From Sulfurospirillaceae bacterium (lineage in GTDB: Bacteria; Campylobacterota; Campylobacteria; Campylobacterales; Sulfurospirillaceae): DNA of 64,000 bases. The DNA lies in assembly GCA_033723415.1 (NCBI GenBank), contig JAWVXD010000003.1, positions 32,001 to 96,000 of the forward strand, read 5' to 3'. This document shows positions 39,648 through 48,916 of the stretch, piece by piece. Positions within the stretch are counted from its first letter, which is position 1, and every line of letters starts with the position of its first letter. The position numbers and the translations under genes are program-made. A model generated the notes under the pieces. The model did not search any database and was not told where the DNA came from. It saw only the letters and a list, made by a program, of their open reading frames with translations.

Positions 39648-42600
39648 TCAATACTTTGCTAAACCTTTTTTGTATCTTTTCCTATGCAATACCGCATAAA
39701 GGGTAGGGACATAGAGTAAGTTTAACACTGTTCCCCAACCGAGTCCAAAGCCTAGTGATACGGCTAGGGGTTGAAAGATCACGGCTTGTCCTGTTGGAAA
39801 AAATATCAGAGTAGATAAACCCAAAAGAGTTGTGATTGAGGTTAAAAAGATCGGTCTGAGTCTTTTAGCTGATTCTTCAAAGAATTCATCTAGTGTTTTT
39901 GTCTTTCGAAGATAAGTAAGCATCAAAATGCCGTCATTGATGACGACGCCTGCTAGGCCAAGAGCTCCTATGATGGATGGCATACTGAGATTGAGGCCCA
40001 TGATTTGATGTCCTATGATGACTCCTAAAAATGAAAACGGGATAACAGAAGCTATGATAAACGTATCTTTGAAAGAATCGAAAAGGTACAGCAGACTGAG
40101 TATGATGAGCAAGATCGCTACAAATGTCGCACTCATCATGTCAGATCTCAGTTCTGCATTTTTTTGTTTTTCTCCCAGTAATTTTAATCGTATGCCTTCT
40201 TTTTGTATGCTGTTTAGTACAGGTTGTATCTTATCTAATGCTTCTGAGGCAGTTAATATCTTTGGATTTACATTTGCATAAACATAAAATGTTGTTTCTC
40301 CAAAGTCTTTACTGACTTTTTCAAATGATTTACTGATGTTAAAGGTTGCTATGTCGCTTAGCATCACTTTTCTTCCATCGCCTATAGGAATTTTCATATT
40401 TTTTAAAGTGCTGAGTTTATCTTTATCTATGCTTTGTGTTTTTATCTCCAAGAGATCTTTGCTGTCAAGGGCAGTACTTATTTTTTTCTCTAAAAAGAAA
40501 TCAGACAGTATACTCCCAAGAGTTTTCTCACTTAATCCTAACTCCTGTCCATAAGAGTTTAATTTGATCTTGATCTCATCTATACCTATCTTTGCATCAT
40601 CTGATACGGATTTTATACCTTTTAATTTTGAAAGAGACTCTTCTATCTTTGAGATCGCATATTTTGTGTCTTTTGTATTATTTGAAATGATTCCTATCTT
40701 AATATCTGATTTTACGGGACCGGCTCTTCTTTCTGCTACAAACAGCTCTTCGAGTCCTAGTTTCTTTTTAAAACCTTCCTTGTTTAAAAAACTTCTAACT
40801 TCACTTGCTACTTCTTGTGAAGATTTTGTCCTTGTTCTCCCTTCTTTGTCATAATACAAACTTAGGTAAGGAGTGATATATTTATTTACAAAGTCCATAG
40901 GTTTAAGTTTATCTAGCTCTATATTTATATTTGCAACATATGGGTATCTTTCTCCATCTCCTTCGGCATTTGTTCTAAATCCTGCTACTGTAGTGATAGA
41001 ATTTATATTAAATCTCTCTTTGTTTTTATACAATTCTTTAGCTACTTTGTTCGCTTCTTCAAAAGTCTTTTCTATAGGGGTGTTGAGATTCGCTTTTAAG
41101 GAGATCGTCATAAGAGTAGAATCAAACTTTGGAAACATTTGATATCTAGAGTGTTTTATACCAAGTACCGTTAACATAGGAACAAGTATGAGAAATAAAA
41201 AAAGAAAAGTTTTCCTAAAGGTCATGAGCTTGTGAATGACATAGCTATATAGTCTATTTACTTTTTCCCAAGACAAAACTTTTGACTTGTTGTTTAGCAT
41301 ATGTGTTGCATGAAGAGGCAGAAAAATGAATGATTCTATCAAAGAAGCTACAAGTAAAGCAGAAACTGCGATAGGGATGAGTTTCATAAATTCACCCATT
41401 GTCCCGGATAACATAAGTATAGGGATAAAAGAAAAAAGTGTCGTGACTGATGCCATGATAACAGGTTTTGCAACATCTGCAGTTCCTTGAAGAGCCGCTT
41501 CGTAGGGAGAGAATCCTTTTTCTATGTACTGTTGTATACTCTCAGCAACCACTATGGCATCATCTACGAGTATTCCAAGAGCCAGCAAAACTCCTATGAG
41601 TGATATCATATTTATCGTATAACCAAAAAAATGAAAGTATATGATAGCCATTATGATTGATGTAGGAATACCAAGACCAACAATAAAAGCCATCTTTTTA
41701 TTAATTAGTATTGCTAGTAGAAGAGTGACTAGAATCATACTAAAAAGTATATTGGATATGACTATATTTAGTCTATCTCTTATGATTTTACTTCTGTCAT
41801 GTATGATAGAAAAGCTTATATCTTTATTTTTCATCTTGATAGGTTCTAGCATCTTTTCGATATTTTTAGTTGCTTCTAGGGCATTTCCTCCATCAACCTG
41901 AGTTATTGCCAGATTTAAAGAAGGTTTTGTGTCAGTTGTAGAAAGAGTAGTAGCGTCCTCAAATCTCTTTTGGATAGTCGCAACATCACCCAAATATATC
42001 TTCTTAGTGCCTATTTTGATTATGGTCTTTTCCATCTCTTTTGCACTTTTTGCACCATTGTATGTTGAGAGATAAAAATGTTTCCCCAACCCTTCTATCT
42101 TCCCTATAGGAAAGATATAGGAAATATTTGACAATGTTTGAAAAAAAGCACTCTTATCTATGCCTAGGGCATCAAGTTTATTTTCATCGATTTTTACATC
42201 AAAATACATGTCCGAATCCCCGTAAATAGAAACATCGGAGATGTCTTTTACATTGAGAATCTTGGTTTTCAAATCTTTTACAAACTCTTTCAGATGCGGT
42301 AAACTAACCTTATCAGAGGAGACAGAAAGAGTTAGTAAGCTTCTGGAAGTATTTAATACAACAACTTTAGGATCGTTCATATCGCTTGGAAAGTTTTGTT
42401 TTATATCGCTTATAGCATCTTTGATCTTGTTTGAGATATTGTATTTATCATAACCTTTTAAAAGATCTAATGTTATCGAAAAAGAACCAGGTGTGATTAT
42501 GGAGTTCATATCATCAACACCTTCTATCCCTTTGATGGCATCTTCGATCTTTTTTACGGCAATTTTATCTAAAATATCTATAGAAGTTCCGCTGTAACTG

Positions 42601-42749
42601 CCGCTTATCAAGATTTTATCTAAATCAAAAGTCGGAAATATCTCTTTTGGGATCTTTGTGTATGAGTACATCCCCAAAACTATTATGAGCAAGAAAAAAG
42701 TATAGTTCATTCTTGAGTTATCTAGAAAAAATTTAATGATATTTTTCAT
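39648..42749 (-). CDS. RND (AcrB/AcrD/AcrF-family) efflux permease
   Basis: 1033 aa; GILVDDAIVVAE, GEFM, RLRPIFLTSITT, PLAVSLGFG. Confidence 0.93.
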   Translation of the reverse strand: MKNIIKFFLDNSRMNYTFFLLIIVLGMYSYTKIPKEIFPTFDLDKILISGSYSGTSIDILDKIAVKKIEDAIKGIEGVDDMNSIITPGSFSITLDLLKGYDKYNISNKIKDAISDIKQNFPSDMNDPKVVVLNTSRSLLTLSVSSDKVSLPHLKEFVKDLKTKILNVKDISDVSIYGDSDMYFDVKIDENKLDALGIDKSAFFQTLSNISYIFPIGKIEGLGKHFYLSTYNGAKSAKEMEKTIIKIGTKKIYLGDVATIQKRFEDATTLSTTDTKPSLNLAITQVDGGNALEATKNIEKMLEPIKMKNKDISFSIIHDRSKIIRDRLNIVISNILFSMILVTLLLAILINKKMAFIVGLGIPTSIIMAIIYFHFFGYTINMISLIGVLLALGILVDDAIVVAESIQQYIEKGFSPYEAALQGTADVAKPVIMASVTTLFSFIPILMLSGTMGEFMKLIPIAVSALLVASLIESFIFLPLHATHMLNNKSKVLSWEKVNRLYSYVIHKLMTFRKTFLFLFLILVPMLTVLGIKHSRYQMFPKFDSTLMTISLKANLNTPIEKTFEEANKVAKELYKNKERFNINSITTVAGFRTNAEGDGERYPYVANINIELDKLKPMDFVNKYITPYLSLYYDKEGRTRTKSSQEVASEVRSFLNKEGFKKKLGLEELFVAERRAGPVKSDIKIGIISNNTKDTKYAISKIEESLSKLKGIKSVSDDAKIGIDEIKIKLNSYGQELGLSEKTLGSILSDFFLEKKISTALDSKDLLEIKTQSIDKDKLSTLKNMKIPIGDGRKVMLSDIATFNISKSFEKVSKDFGETTFYVYANVNPKILTASEALDKIQPVLNSIQKEGIRLKLLGEKQKNAELRSDMMSATFVAILLIILSLLYLFDSFKDTFIIASVIPFSFLGVIIGHQIMGLNLSMPSIIGALGLAGVVINDGILMLTYLRKTKTLDEFFEESAKRLRPIFLTSITTLLGLSTLIFFPTGQAVIFQPLAVSLGFGLGWGTVLNLLYVPTLYAVLHRKRYKKGLAKY

Positions 42750-42812
42750 AATTTGCCTTGAGAGATTTTGTTGTGTGATTTTAGCAAATATTTGTTAATA
42801 GGGTATTAAATC

Positions 42813-42844
42813 GCCTCAAAAATCAATTTTAGGATTTTTGAGGC
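42813..42844 (-). terminator. Hairpin terminator after glycine-zipper gene
   Basis: GCCTCAAAAATC-8 nt-GATTTTTGAGGC, perfect 12-bp stem. Confidence 0.7.
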
Positions 42845-42860
42845 ATAGTAATTATAGTGG

Positions 42861-43295
42861 TTATCTATAGTCTCTGTATATCATGACTCTTTCTACTTCA
42901 TGAAATCTATTTCTATTTACATATGCGACTCGCTTCCATCCATGTCTTGGTGTATAGTAAACGACTCTATTCCATCTATGTCTAGGTTCATAATGCACGA
43001 TTCTTCTTTTATATTCTTTTCCATGACTTAGATTTGATCCAACTACCGTGCCTATAACAGCTCCACCGACAGTTGCTACTACTTTTCCGCTTCCACCTCC
43101 TAGTTGATGTCCTAATATGCCTCCGACTACTCCTCCGATAAGAGCACCGACTACTTGATTGTCACGGTTGTTTGATCTATAAACAGTCTTTGTCACAACT
43201 CTGTGTGGCTGATATGTCACATATCTGTTTTCATGAAATGAATCCGCTTGTGATAAGCTAAATATCAAACCGATTGCTAAAAGTATCTTTTTCAT
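42861..43295 (-). CDS. Glycine-zipper 2TM exported protein
   Basis: Signal peptide; GALIGGVVGGILGHQLGGGSGK..ATVGGAVIG. Confidence 0.85.
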   Translation of the reverse strand: MKKILLAIGLIFSLSQADSFHENRYVTYQPHRVVTKTVYRSNNRDNQVVGALIGGVVGGILGHQLGGGSGKVVATVGGAVIGTVVGSNLSHGKEYKRRIVHYEPRHRWNRVVYYTPRHGWKRVAYVNRNRFHEVERVMIYRDYR

Positions 43296-43561
43296 CTCTA
43301 ACTCCTTTGTTATATTTTTGATATTGAAATGATAGAATTTAAAAGTGAAATGATTGTGGATGCTTTTAAGTCACAGATCATAAAACAGTAATAAGTACAA
43401 AATGATATACTCCCTTTTCAATATGTTCTTGCAGAACTACTTATGCATTAAAAAATGATGATTTTACAGATTTTTAATTATTGCGAAAAGCTTATGAAAA
43501 AATAGCAGTTTTATATGGTGTGTCAATTTGAAAAATAATTATGAGCGATATAAAGAAGATA

Positions 43562-43596
43562 ACCTTGCCGTTTTATCATGATAGATTCGGCAAGGT
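43562..43596 (-). terminator. Hairpin after the second glycine-zipper gene
   Basis: ACCTTGCCG ... CGGCAAGGT 9-bp stem with inner TATCATGATA palindrome. Confidence 0.55.
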
Positions 43597-43640
43597 CCTG
43601 ACTATTTGTAATGATCTAGAAAAGATCGTAGTTGGTCTTA

Positions 43641-44141
43641 TCAGTAAGAAACATTTATGATCAACCTTATATACTGAAGCGGTGAGTCACTGTATTTTAT
43701 AATAGTTTGATTTTTATATTTCGCTATATTTTTATAACCTATGAATTTTTCAGATGTTCCCTCTTTATATCTAGTGACACATCTTCTCTGATTTTGGTAT
43801 GTAGTCTGTGTATTTTGGTTTTCTGAGAGATTTTTACCTACCAATGTACCTATTATCGCTCCACCCACGGTTGCAGCAGTTTTCCCGCTACCTCCTCCTA
43901 CTTGATGTCCCAAAATTCCACCTGCAACACCGCCTATTAAAGCGCCGACATTGTCATTGCCGCTACTTGTACTGACAGGAACTTGTTCGTCCCAGCACTC
44001 TTGATATGGTGTTCTAACCGTTACTGTTCTATATTCTGGGGTACTTTTGATTACTCTTACGCTCTGCTCAAATGATAATGATTCTGCAAATAATGTGGCA
44101 GCTGACGCAAAGACTAAAGCAAAAATTAATAATTTTTTCAT
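43641..44141 (-). CDS. Glycine-zipper 2TM exported protein (YcfJ-like)
   Basis: Signal peptide; TPYQECWD, GALIGGVAGGILGHQVGGGSGKTAAT, RRCVT, IGY. Confidence 0.88.
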   Translation of the reverse strand: MKKLLIFALVFASAATLFAESLSFEQSVRVIKSTPEYRTVTVRTPYQECWDEQVPVSTSSGNDNVGALIGGVAGGILGHQVGGGSGKTAATVGGAIIGTLVGKNLSENQNTQTTYQNQRRCVTRYKEGTSEKFIGYKNIAKYKNQTIIKYSDSPLQYIRLIINVSY

Positions 44142-44228
44142 ATTTTTCTCCTAAAAGTGAATTGTCATCTATAATTCTACTATATTTTTGTTAATAAACC
44201 TTTTATTCACGTAAACAATTAACGCCGT

Positions 44229-44963
44229 TCAAATAATCGCTAATTTGGCGATTATAGGATTGTGATCAGAAATGTTTTTACTGTTTAATACCTTTGCTTC
44301 TAATAGGTTAAATCCTCTATAAAAAATATGATCCAAATGCTGGGTGAAAAATTTTTTTCTATGTTTATCATCTTCAAAAATGATTTCTTTCAAAGATAAT
44401 TCGTTTGTCATTTCTCTTAAATACGCACTTCTTTTGCTATTCCAAGTGTTAAAATCTCCGGCTAAGATCATCGCCCCTTTATGGGATAGGATATTTGTTT
44501 TGATGTAATCAATTTCATTATAAAAATCACTGTTCTTTACAAAGTTTATAGCATGAACATGAACAATAAGAAGCTTTTGAGAATTATTGAGCTTATGTGT
44601 TGTTATAAGGGAACTCTTGTGAGTCAAATACCTAAATTCTCGTCTTTTACTTAAAAGTGCTAAGTTATCTTCGCAGTGAATTTTAAAGGCACTCAGAACG
44701 CCAAAAATATTCTTCTTTGTTTCCATATTCGGAGACAAAACATACGAATAATCACCGATCTTTATCTCTTTTGTAATGCTTTTCTTAAATTCTTGCAATA
44801 GTAAAATATCTATTTTTTCATCTTTTATGACTTTCTCTAAATAATTTATAAAGATACTGTCATTTGTCAATTTTGCAACATTCCAGCATAAAATTGTAAA
44901 TTCTTTTGCACAAGATATTTCTTGATTCTTTAAAAGTTTTATCTCAAGGTTAGGCTTCATCAT
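44229..44963 (-). CDS. Endonuclease/exonuclease/phosphatase-family protein (YafD-like)
   Basis: WNVAK, LLQE, HVHAINF, AGDFNTW, LDHIFYRG, SDHNP. Confidence 0.9.
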   Translation of the reverse strand: MMKPNLEIKLLKNQEISCAKEFTILCWNVAKLTNDSIFINYLEKVIKDEKIDILLLQEFKKSITKEIKIGDYSYVLSPNMETKKNIFGVLSAFKIHCEDNLALLSKRREFRYLTHKSSLITTHKLNNSQKLLIVHVHAINFVKNSDFYNEIDYIKTNILSHKGAMILAGDFNTWNSKRSAYLREMTNELSLKEIIFEDDKHRKKFFTQHLDHIFYRGFNLLEAKVLNSKNISDHNPIIAKLAII

Positions 44964-46348
44964 AACTGCGGCGCTACAATTCTCATAAGATTTTCTACGA
45001 TTTTCATCGCATATGATATTTCTTTTACGTCTCTTGAAGAATCAGCTAACAATTCGCTCATCCACTTTTCTATATCTTTTAAAACATCTTTTGAATAAAC
45101 AAATGTAGCTATTTCATAGTTTAAAAACAGGCTTCTATTGTCTAAGTTTACACTCCCTAACATAACACTTTCATAATCAAATAGTATGGCTTTTGCGTGA
45201 ATCATGACACCACTATGCATAGCAACTTCTATACCTGCTTCTTCTAGCTCATGTATGTAGGAATTCCTTGCTAGATCCACTACAAAATGATTTGATTCTT
45301 TTGGTGTGATCAGTTTGATATCGACTCCTTTGTGTTTGGCAATGATAAGTGCTTGTAGAATCGAGGTATCAGGAACAAAATACGGAGTCACGATCCAAAT
45401 ACGTTTTTTTGCACTATATATGGCACAAAGCAAGGCTTCATAAAGTACATCTTTTTCCATATCAGGACCGGAAGGAACTATCTGAATGGAAGTATTACCC
45501 TCACTATTTATTGGAGTATTTTTAAATTCTAGTTTTTCCCCTGAAGCATAAAACCAATCTGATGCAAAAATCTCAAAAAAAAGTTCTGCCGATCTTCCCT
45601 TGACTAAAAATAGCATATCCTTCCATCTCAATTTGTCAATATTGGGACCAAAATATTCACGGGAGATATTGATGCCTCCGCTGATGACTTGTTTGTTATC
45701 AAAAATATATATCTTTCTATGGTTTCTTAAGTTGATATAGTTACGAAAAGGCATCTGAAATATCGGCATGAAAAAATGGATTTGTATGCCTGCTTTTTTC
45801 ATCTCTCTTAAGTGATATGTCGAGAAATAAAGTTTCCATGATCCAAGGGTGTCAACGAGTATTTTGATCGTCACTCCTTCGTTCGCTTTTTTTATCAACT
45901 CATCTATGATTATTTTTGTTATTTCATCATATTTGAAAACATAAGTTGATAGAAAGATGGATTCTTTTGCACTCTTTATGCATTCTATAAATATTTCATA
46001 TGCTTTTATGGGGTCACTGTATAATTTAAAATATTCATTGTTACAAGTGTCAGCGATATTATAATTTCTTAAAATTTCACTTATAGGATTTAAGGTTTTA
46101 TGTTCATATTTATGTTTTTTTAGATGCATATTGGTTTTGGTATAACTTTTCTTATGTTTCCTAAAACCAAATATAAAGTAAAGTACGACTGCTATATAAG
46201 GCACTAAAATGATAAAGAGCAGCCAAGCTATCATACTCGCAGATGATCTTCTTCTATAGATCATATGTATGAATGTGAACATGATGAGTATCTCACCAAA
46301 AACTATTAAACTATGATATAAAATAATATGTGTTATATCTAAATCCAA
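44960..46348 (-). CDS. cls: Cardiolipin synthase (phospholipase D family)
   Basis: 2 N-terminal TM; two HKD motifs RNHRKIYIFD and HAKAILFD; TPYFVPD, GSVNLDNRSL.LNYE. Confidence 0.9.
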   Translation of the reverse strand: MDLDITHIILYHSLIVFGEILIMFTFIHMIYRRRSSASMIAWLLFIILVPYIAVVLYFIFGFRKHKKSYTKTNMHLKKHKYEHKTLNPISEILRNYNIADTCNNEYFKLYSDPIKAYEIFIECIKSAKESIFLSTYVFKYDEITKIIIDELIKKANEGVTIKILVDTLGSWKLYFSTYHLREMKKAGIQIHFFMPIFQMPFRNYINLRNHRKIYIFDNKQVISGGINISREYFGPNIDKLRWKDMLFLVKGRSAELFFEIFASDWFYASGEKLEFKNTPINSEGNTSIQIVPSGPDMEKDVLYEALLCAIYSAKKRIWIVTPYFVPDTSILQALIIAKHKGVDIKLITPKESNHFVVDLARNSYIHELEEAGIEVAMHSGVMIHAKAILFDYESVMLGSVNLDNRSLFLNYEIATFVYSKDVLKDIEKWMSELLADSSRDVKEISYAMKIVENLMRIVAPQL

Positions 46349-46418
46349 AAATACATCCTACGATTTTTTTATATTTTACACTTATTAAAAAGAAAATCTG
46401 ATAAAATTATAAAAAATA

Positions 46419-47309
46419 TTGAGGAATAAGTTTTTGAAACATCTTATAAATTCACAAGACTTTACTTTAGAAGAGATAGATGAGCTTTTTATAAGAGCTA
46501 GAGAATTCTTGGATAATAAGCAAAGAGAGATCCTTAAAGGACGTATGATCATAACTATTTTCTTCGAAAATTCCACTAGGACAAGAAGTAGTTTTGAAAT
46601 TGCAGCTAAAAGATTAGGTGCAAGCGTAGTTAGTCTAGATGTATCTCATAGTTCGTCCAGCAAAGGTGAAACACTCTTTGATACGGCGGCAAATCTAGAT
46701 GCTATGGGACCGGATGCGATCGTAGTTAGACACAAAAGTGCCGGTGTTCCTCACATACTTTCAAAACATGTCTATTGTCCTATTATCAATGGAGGAGACG
46801 GCTCACATGCTCATCCGACACAGGCATTGCTTGATTTTTTTACCATAAGAGAACATTTTAATGATGATATCGTAGGTAAAAAGATAGCGATCGTAGGAGA
46901 TATAAAAAATTCCAGAGTAGCAAATAGTAACATTGAGTTATTGAGCAGGGCAGGTTTGGAAGTTATCTTGGTAGCGCCGCCGCATTTTTTGCCAAAAACA
47001 AATTTGAGAATATCTCATAGTATAAAAGATATAGTAGATGAGGTTGATATCATCATGAGTCTTAGAACTCAAACTGAGAGACATACAAATCAAATCTATG
47101 CATCCCTAAAGGATTATGCCGAAGATTTTTGTATAACACAAGAATTATTGGGAGATAGAGATATCTTGCTTTTACATCCAGGTCCTGTACATAGAAATGT
47201 AGATATTGATGACATCATGATGAAAGATCCAAGATGTAAAGTTTTGGAACAGGTAAAAAATGGAGTTGCCGTGAGAATGGCAGTTTTGGAAAAGCTGATA
47301 GATAGATAA
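46419..47309 (+). CDS. pyrB: Aspartate carbamoyltransferase catalytic subunit
   Basis: [33 protein letters not shown]. Confidence 0.97.
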   Translation: MRNKFLKHLINSQDFTLEEIDELFIRAREFLDNKQREILKGRMIITIFFENSTRTRSSFEIAAKRLGASVVSLDVSHSSSSKGETLFDTAANLDAMGPDAIVVRHKSAGVPHILSKHVYCPIINGGDGSHAHPTQALLDFFTIREHFNDDIVGKKIAIVGDIKNSRVANSNIELLSRAGLEVILVAPPHFLPKTNLRISHSIKDIVDEVDIIMSLRTQTERHTNQIYASLKDYAEDFCITQELLGDRDILLLHPGPVHRNVDIDDIMMKDPRCKVLEQVKNGVAVRMAVLEKLIDR

Positions 47310-47398
47310 GATATATTGCTACTATTCTGAAGCTGTAGTATAATTTTATTTTACAGATTAAAATTTTGTGTATGAGTAAGTATAAATAGGAGTATTTG

Positions 47399-47851
47399 AT
47401 GTTAAAAGAGATATTAGGTGAAGAAGAATATTGTGATATGATGAGAATTCACTTACAGGACATGATTGATTATCTTCTCTCTAGAGGTATCAATTTTTCT
47501 ATTTTACTGAATGTTGAAAATGTAAAATTTGACCCGCCTCTTCCTGATGAGATTGTAAATACTTTCAAGCCAATGACCATGTTCATCATAGCCGGTTATA
47601 CTTTTGAAAGTACTATCTTAGAAAGCGATAAACTTGTATTTGAAGCAGGCTTTGGACCAAATAATTTCGGTTCATTTGTAAGTGTGCCTCTTCTTTCAAT
47701 ATTGCAAATAATAGTAGAAGAAACACCGATTTTCATAAATTTAAGTATAACTTCAAAAGAACAAGAAATGAAACAAAAAGAAGTAGGGGTTAAAAAATCT
47801 ATGGAAGCTTTGCTTTCTAACCCCGAGAATAAAAAATTATTTAAAAAATAA
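47399..47851 (+). CDS. Hypothetical protein
   Basis: 150-aa ORF with AGGAG RBS; AGYTFES, FEAGFG, SMEALLSNPENKK. Confidence 0.75.
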   Translation: MLKEILGEEEYCDMMRIHLQDMIDYLLSRGINFSILLNVENVKFDPPLPDEIVNTFKPMTMFIIAGYTFESTILESDKLVFEAGFGPNNFGSFVSVPLLSILQIIVEETPIFINLSITSKEQEMKQKEVGVKKSMEALLSNPENKKLFKK

Positions 47852-48751
47852 TCATACTCTTTTTTTGTGCATCAAATAAGTGATTATAGAATCAATGACC
47901 GCATCATGTTTTCTATCTTTTAAATGTGCAATATAAAGTATTCTAGCTAGTTTATAGCCTTTGATTCTTGCACAGTGTAGTTGACCGCTTTCAAGCTCAT
48001 CTCTGATAATGTGTTTTGAGATGATTGATACTGTAGGTATATGATCTACTTCAGTTTTTAATATCATTTGTTTTACCGCAGTTGAACTCGTTACTATACT
48101 TTTCATATTGAATGATTTACAATCAATACCCATAGCATCAAATGCTTCTTGTACCAGCTTTCTAGTGTGTGAATTTTCTTCTCTACAAATCCAGCGGAAA
48201 GTATATAGTTCTTCAGGTTTGACAACCTTAGGAATAGGAGATTTACTTACTAAAAACAGTTCATCTTCCATCCACTCTCTGAAGATAATATCATCATTGA
48301 ACAATGGTGCCTCAAGTACGGCAAGATCAACTTTTTTGTCCAATAATTCTTCTGTAATATACTCTGAATCATCAACTTTCAACATGATTTCTCGTTTGAT
48401 CTCTTCTTGAAGTTTATTAAAAAAGTTTGGAAGGATGTAGTTTCCTATCATGAAAGAAGCACCTATGATAAAGGCAATATCTTTATCTATGAGTTTTATC
48501 ATCTCTTTTTCAGAGTTATTGATTGCTTTTTCAAGTTTGATTGCTATTTTGTGTAGTTCTTCACCTGTTTTTGTTAGTCTGATCCCATTTTTCTTTCTAT
48601 CTACTATTCGGTCTTCAATGTAATCTTCTAAAAGTTTTATTTGTTGAGTTACTGCCGGCTGGCTAATACCAAGCTTTTTAGAAGCTTTCGAAAAGCTCTT
48701 CTCTCTTACTACGGTTAAAAAAGTTTCAAGTTTTGTAAAATCTTTTAACAT
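47852..48751 (-). CDS. LysR-family transcriptional regulator
   Basis: SFSKASKKLGISQPAVTQQIKLLE HTH; GAS..IGNYILP; REENSHTR. Confidence 0.95.
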   Translation of the reverse strand: MLKDFTKLETFLTVVREKSFSKASKKLGISQPAVTQQIKLLEDYIEDRIVDRKKNGIRLTKTGEELHKIAIKLEKAINNSEKEMIKLIDKDIAFIIGASFMIGNYILPNFFNKLQEEIKREIMLKVDDSEYITEELLDKKVDLAVLEAPLFNDDIIFREWMEDELFLVSKSPIPKVVKPEELYTFRWICREENSHTRKLVQEAFDAMGIDCKSFNMKSIVTSSTAVKQMILKTEVDHIPTVSIISKHIIRDELESGQLHCARIKGYKLARILYIAHLKDRKHDAVIDSIITYLMHKKRV

Positions 48752-48916
48752 ATATTCTCCTTAAATGATAACTATTATTTATTATTTTTTTAGATTATAA
48801 CTAAAATTGATGATATATACAATAGTTAAATATTAATAACTGATGATTTGTTTGTACGATTAGCTTTTTTTAGATATAATAAATACATACATATATAAAT
48901 ATAAAATTGGATAAAT

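Noticed and set aside
43296..43640. Longest intergenic stretch (345 bp) as possible sRNA or gene remnant
   Set aside because: Only a hairpin and promoter motifs are supportable; no convincing ORF or structured RNA seen
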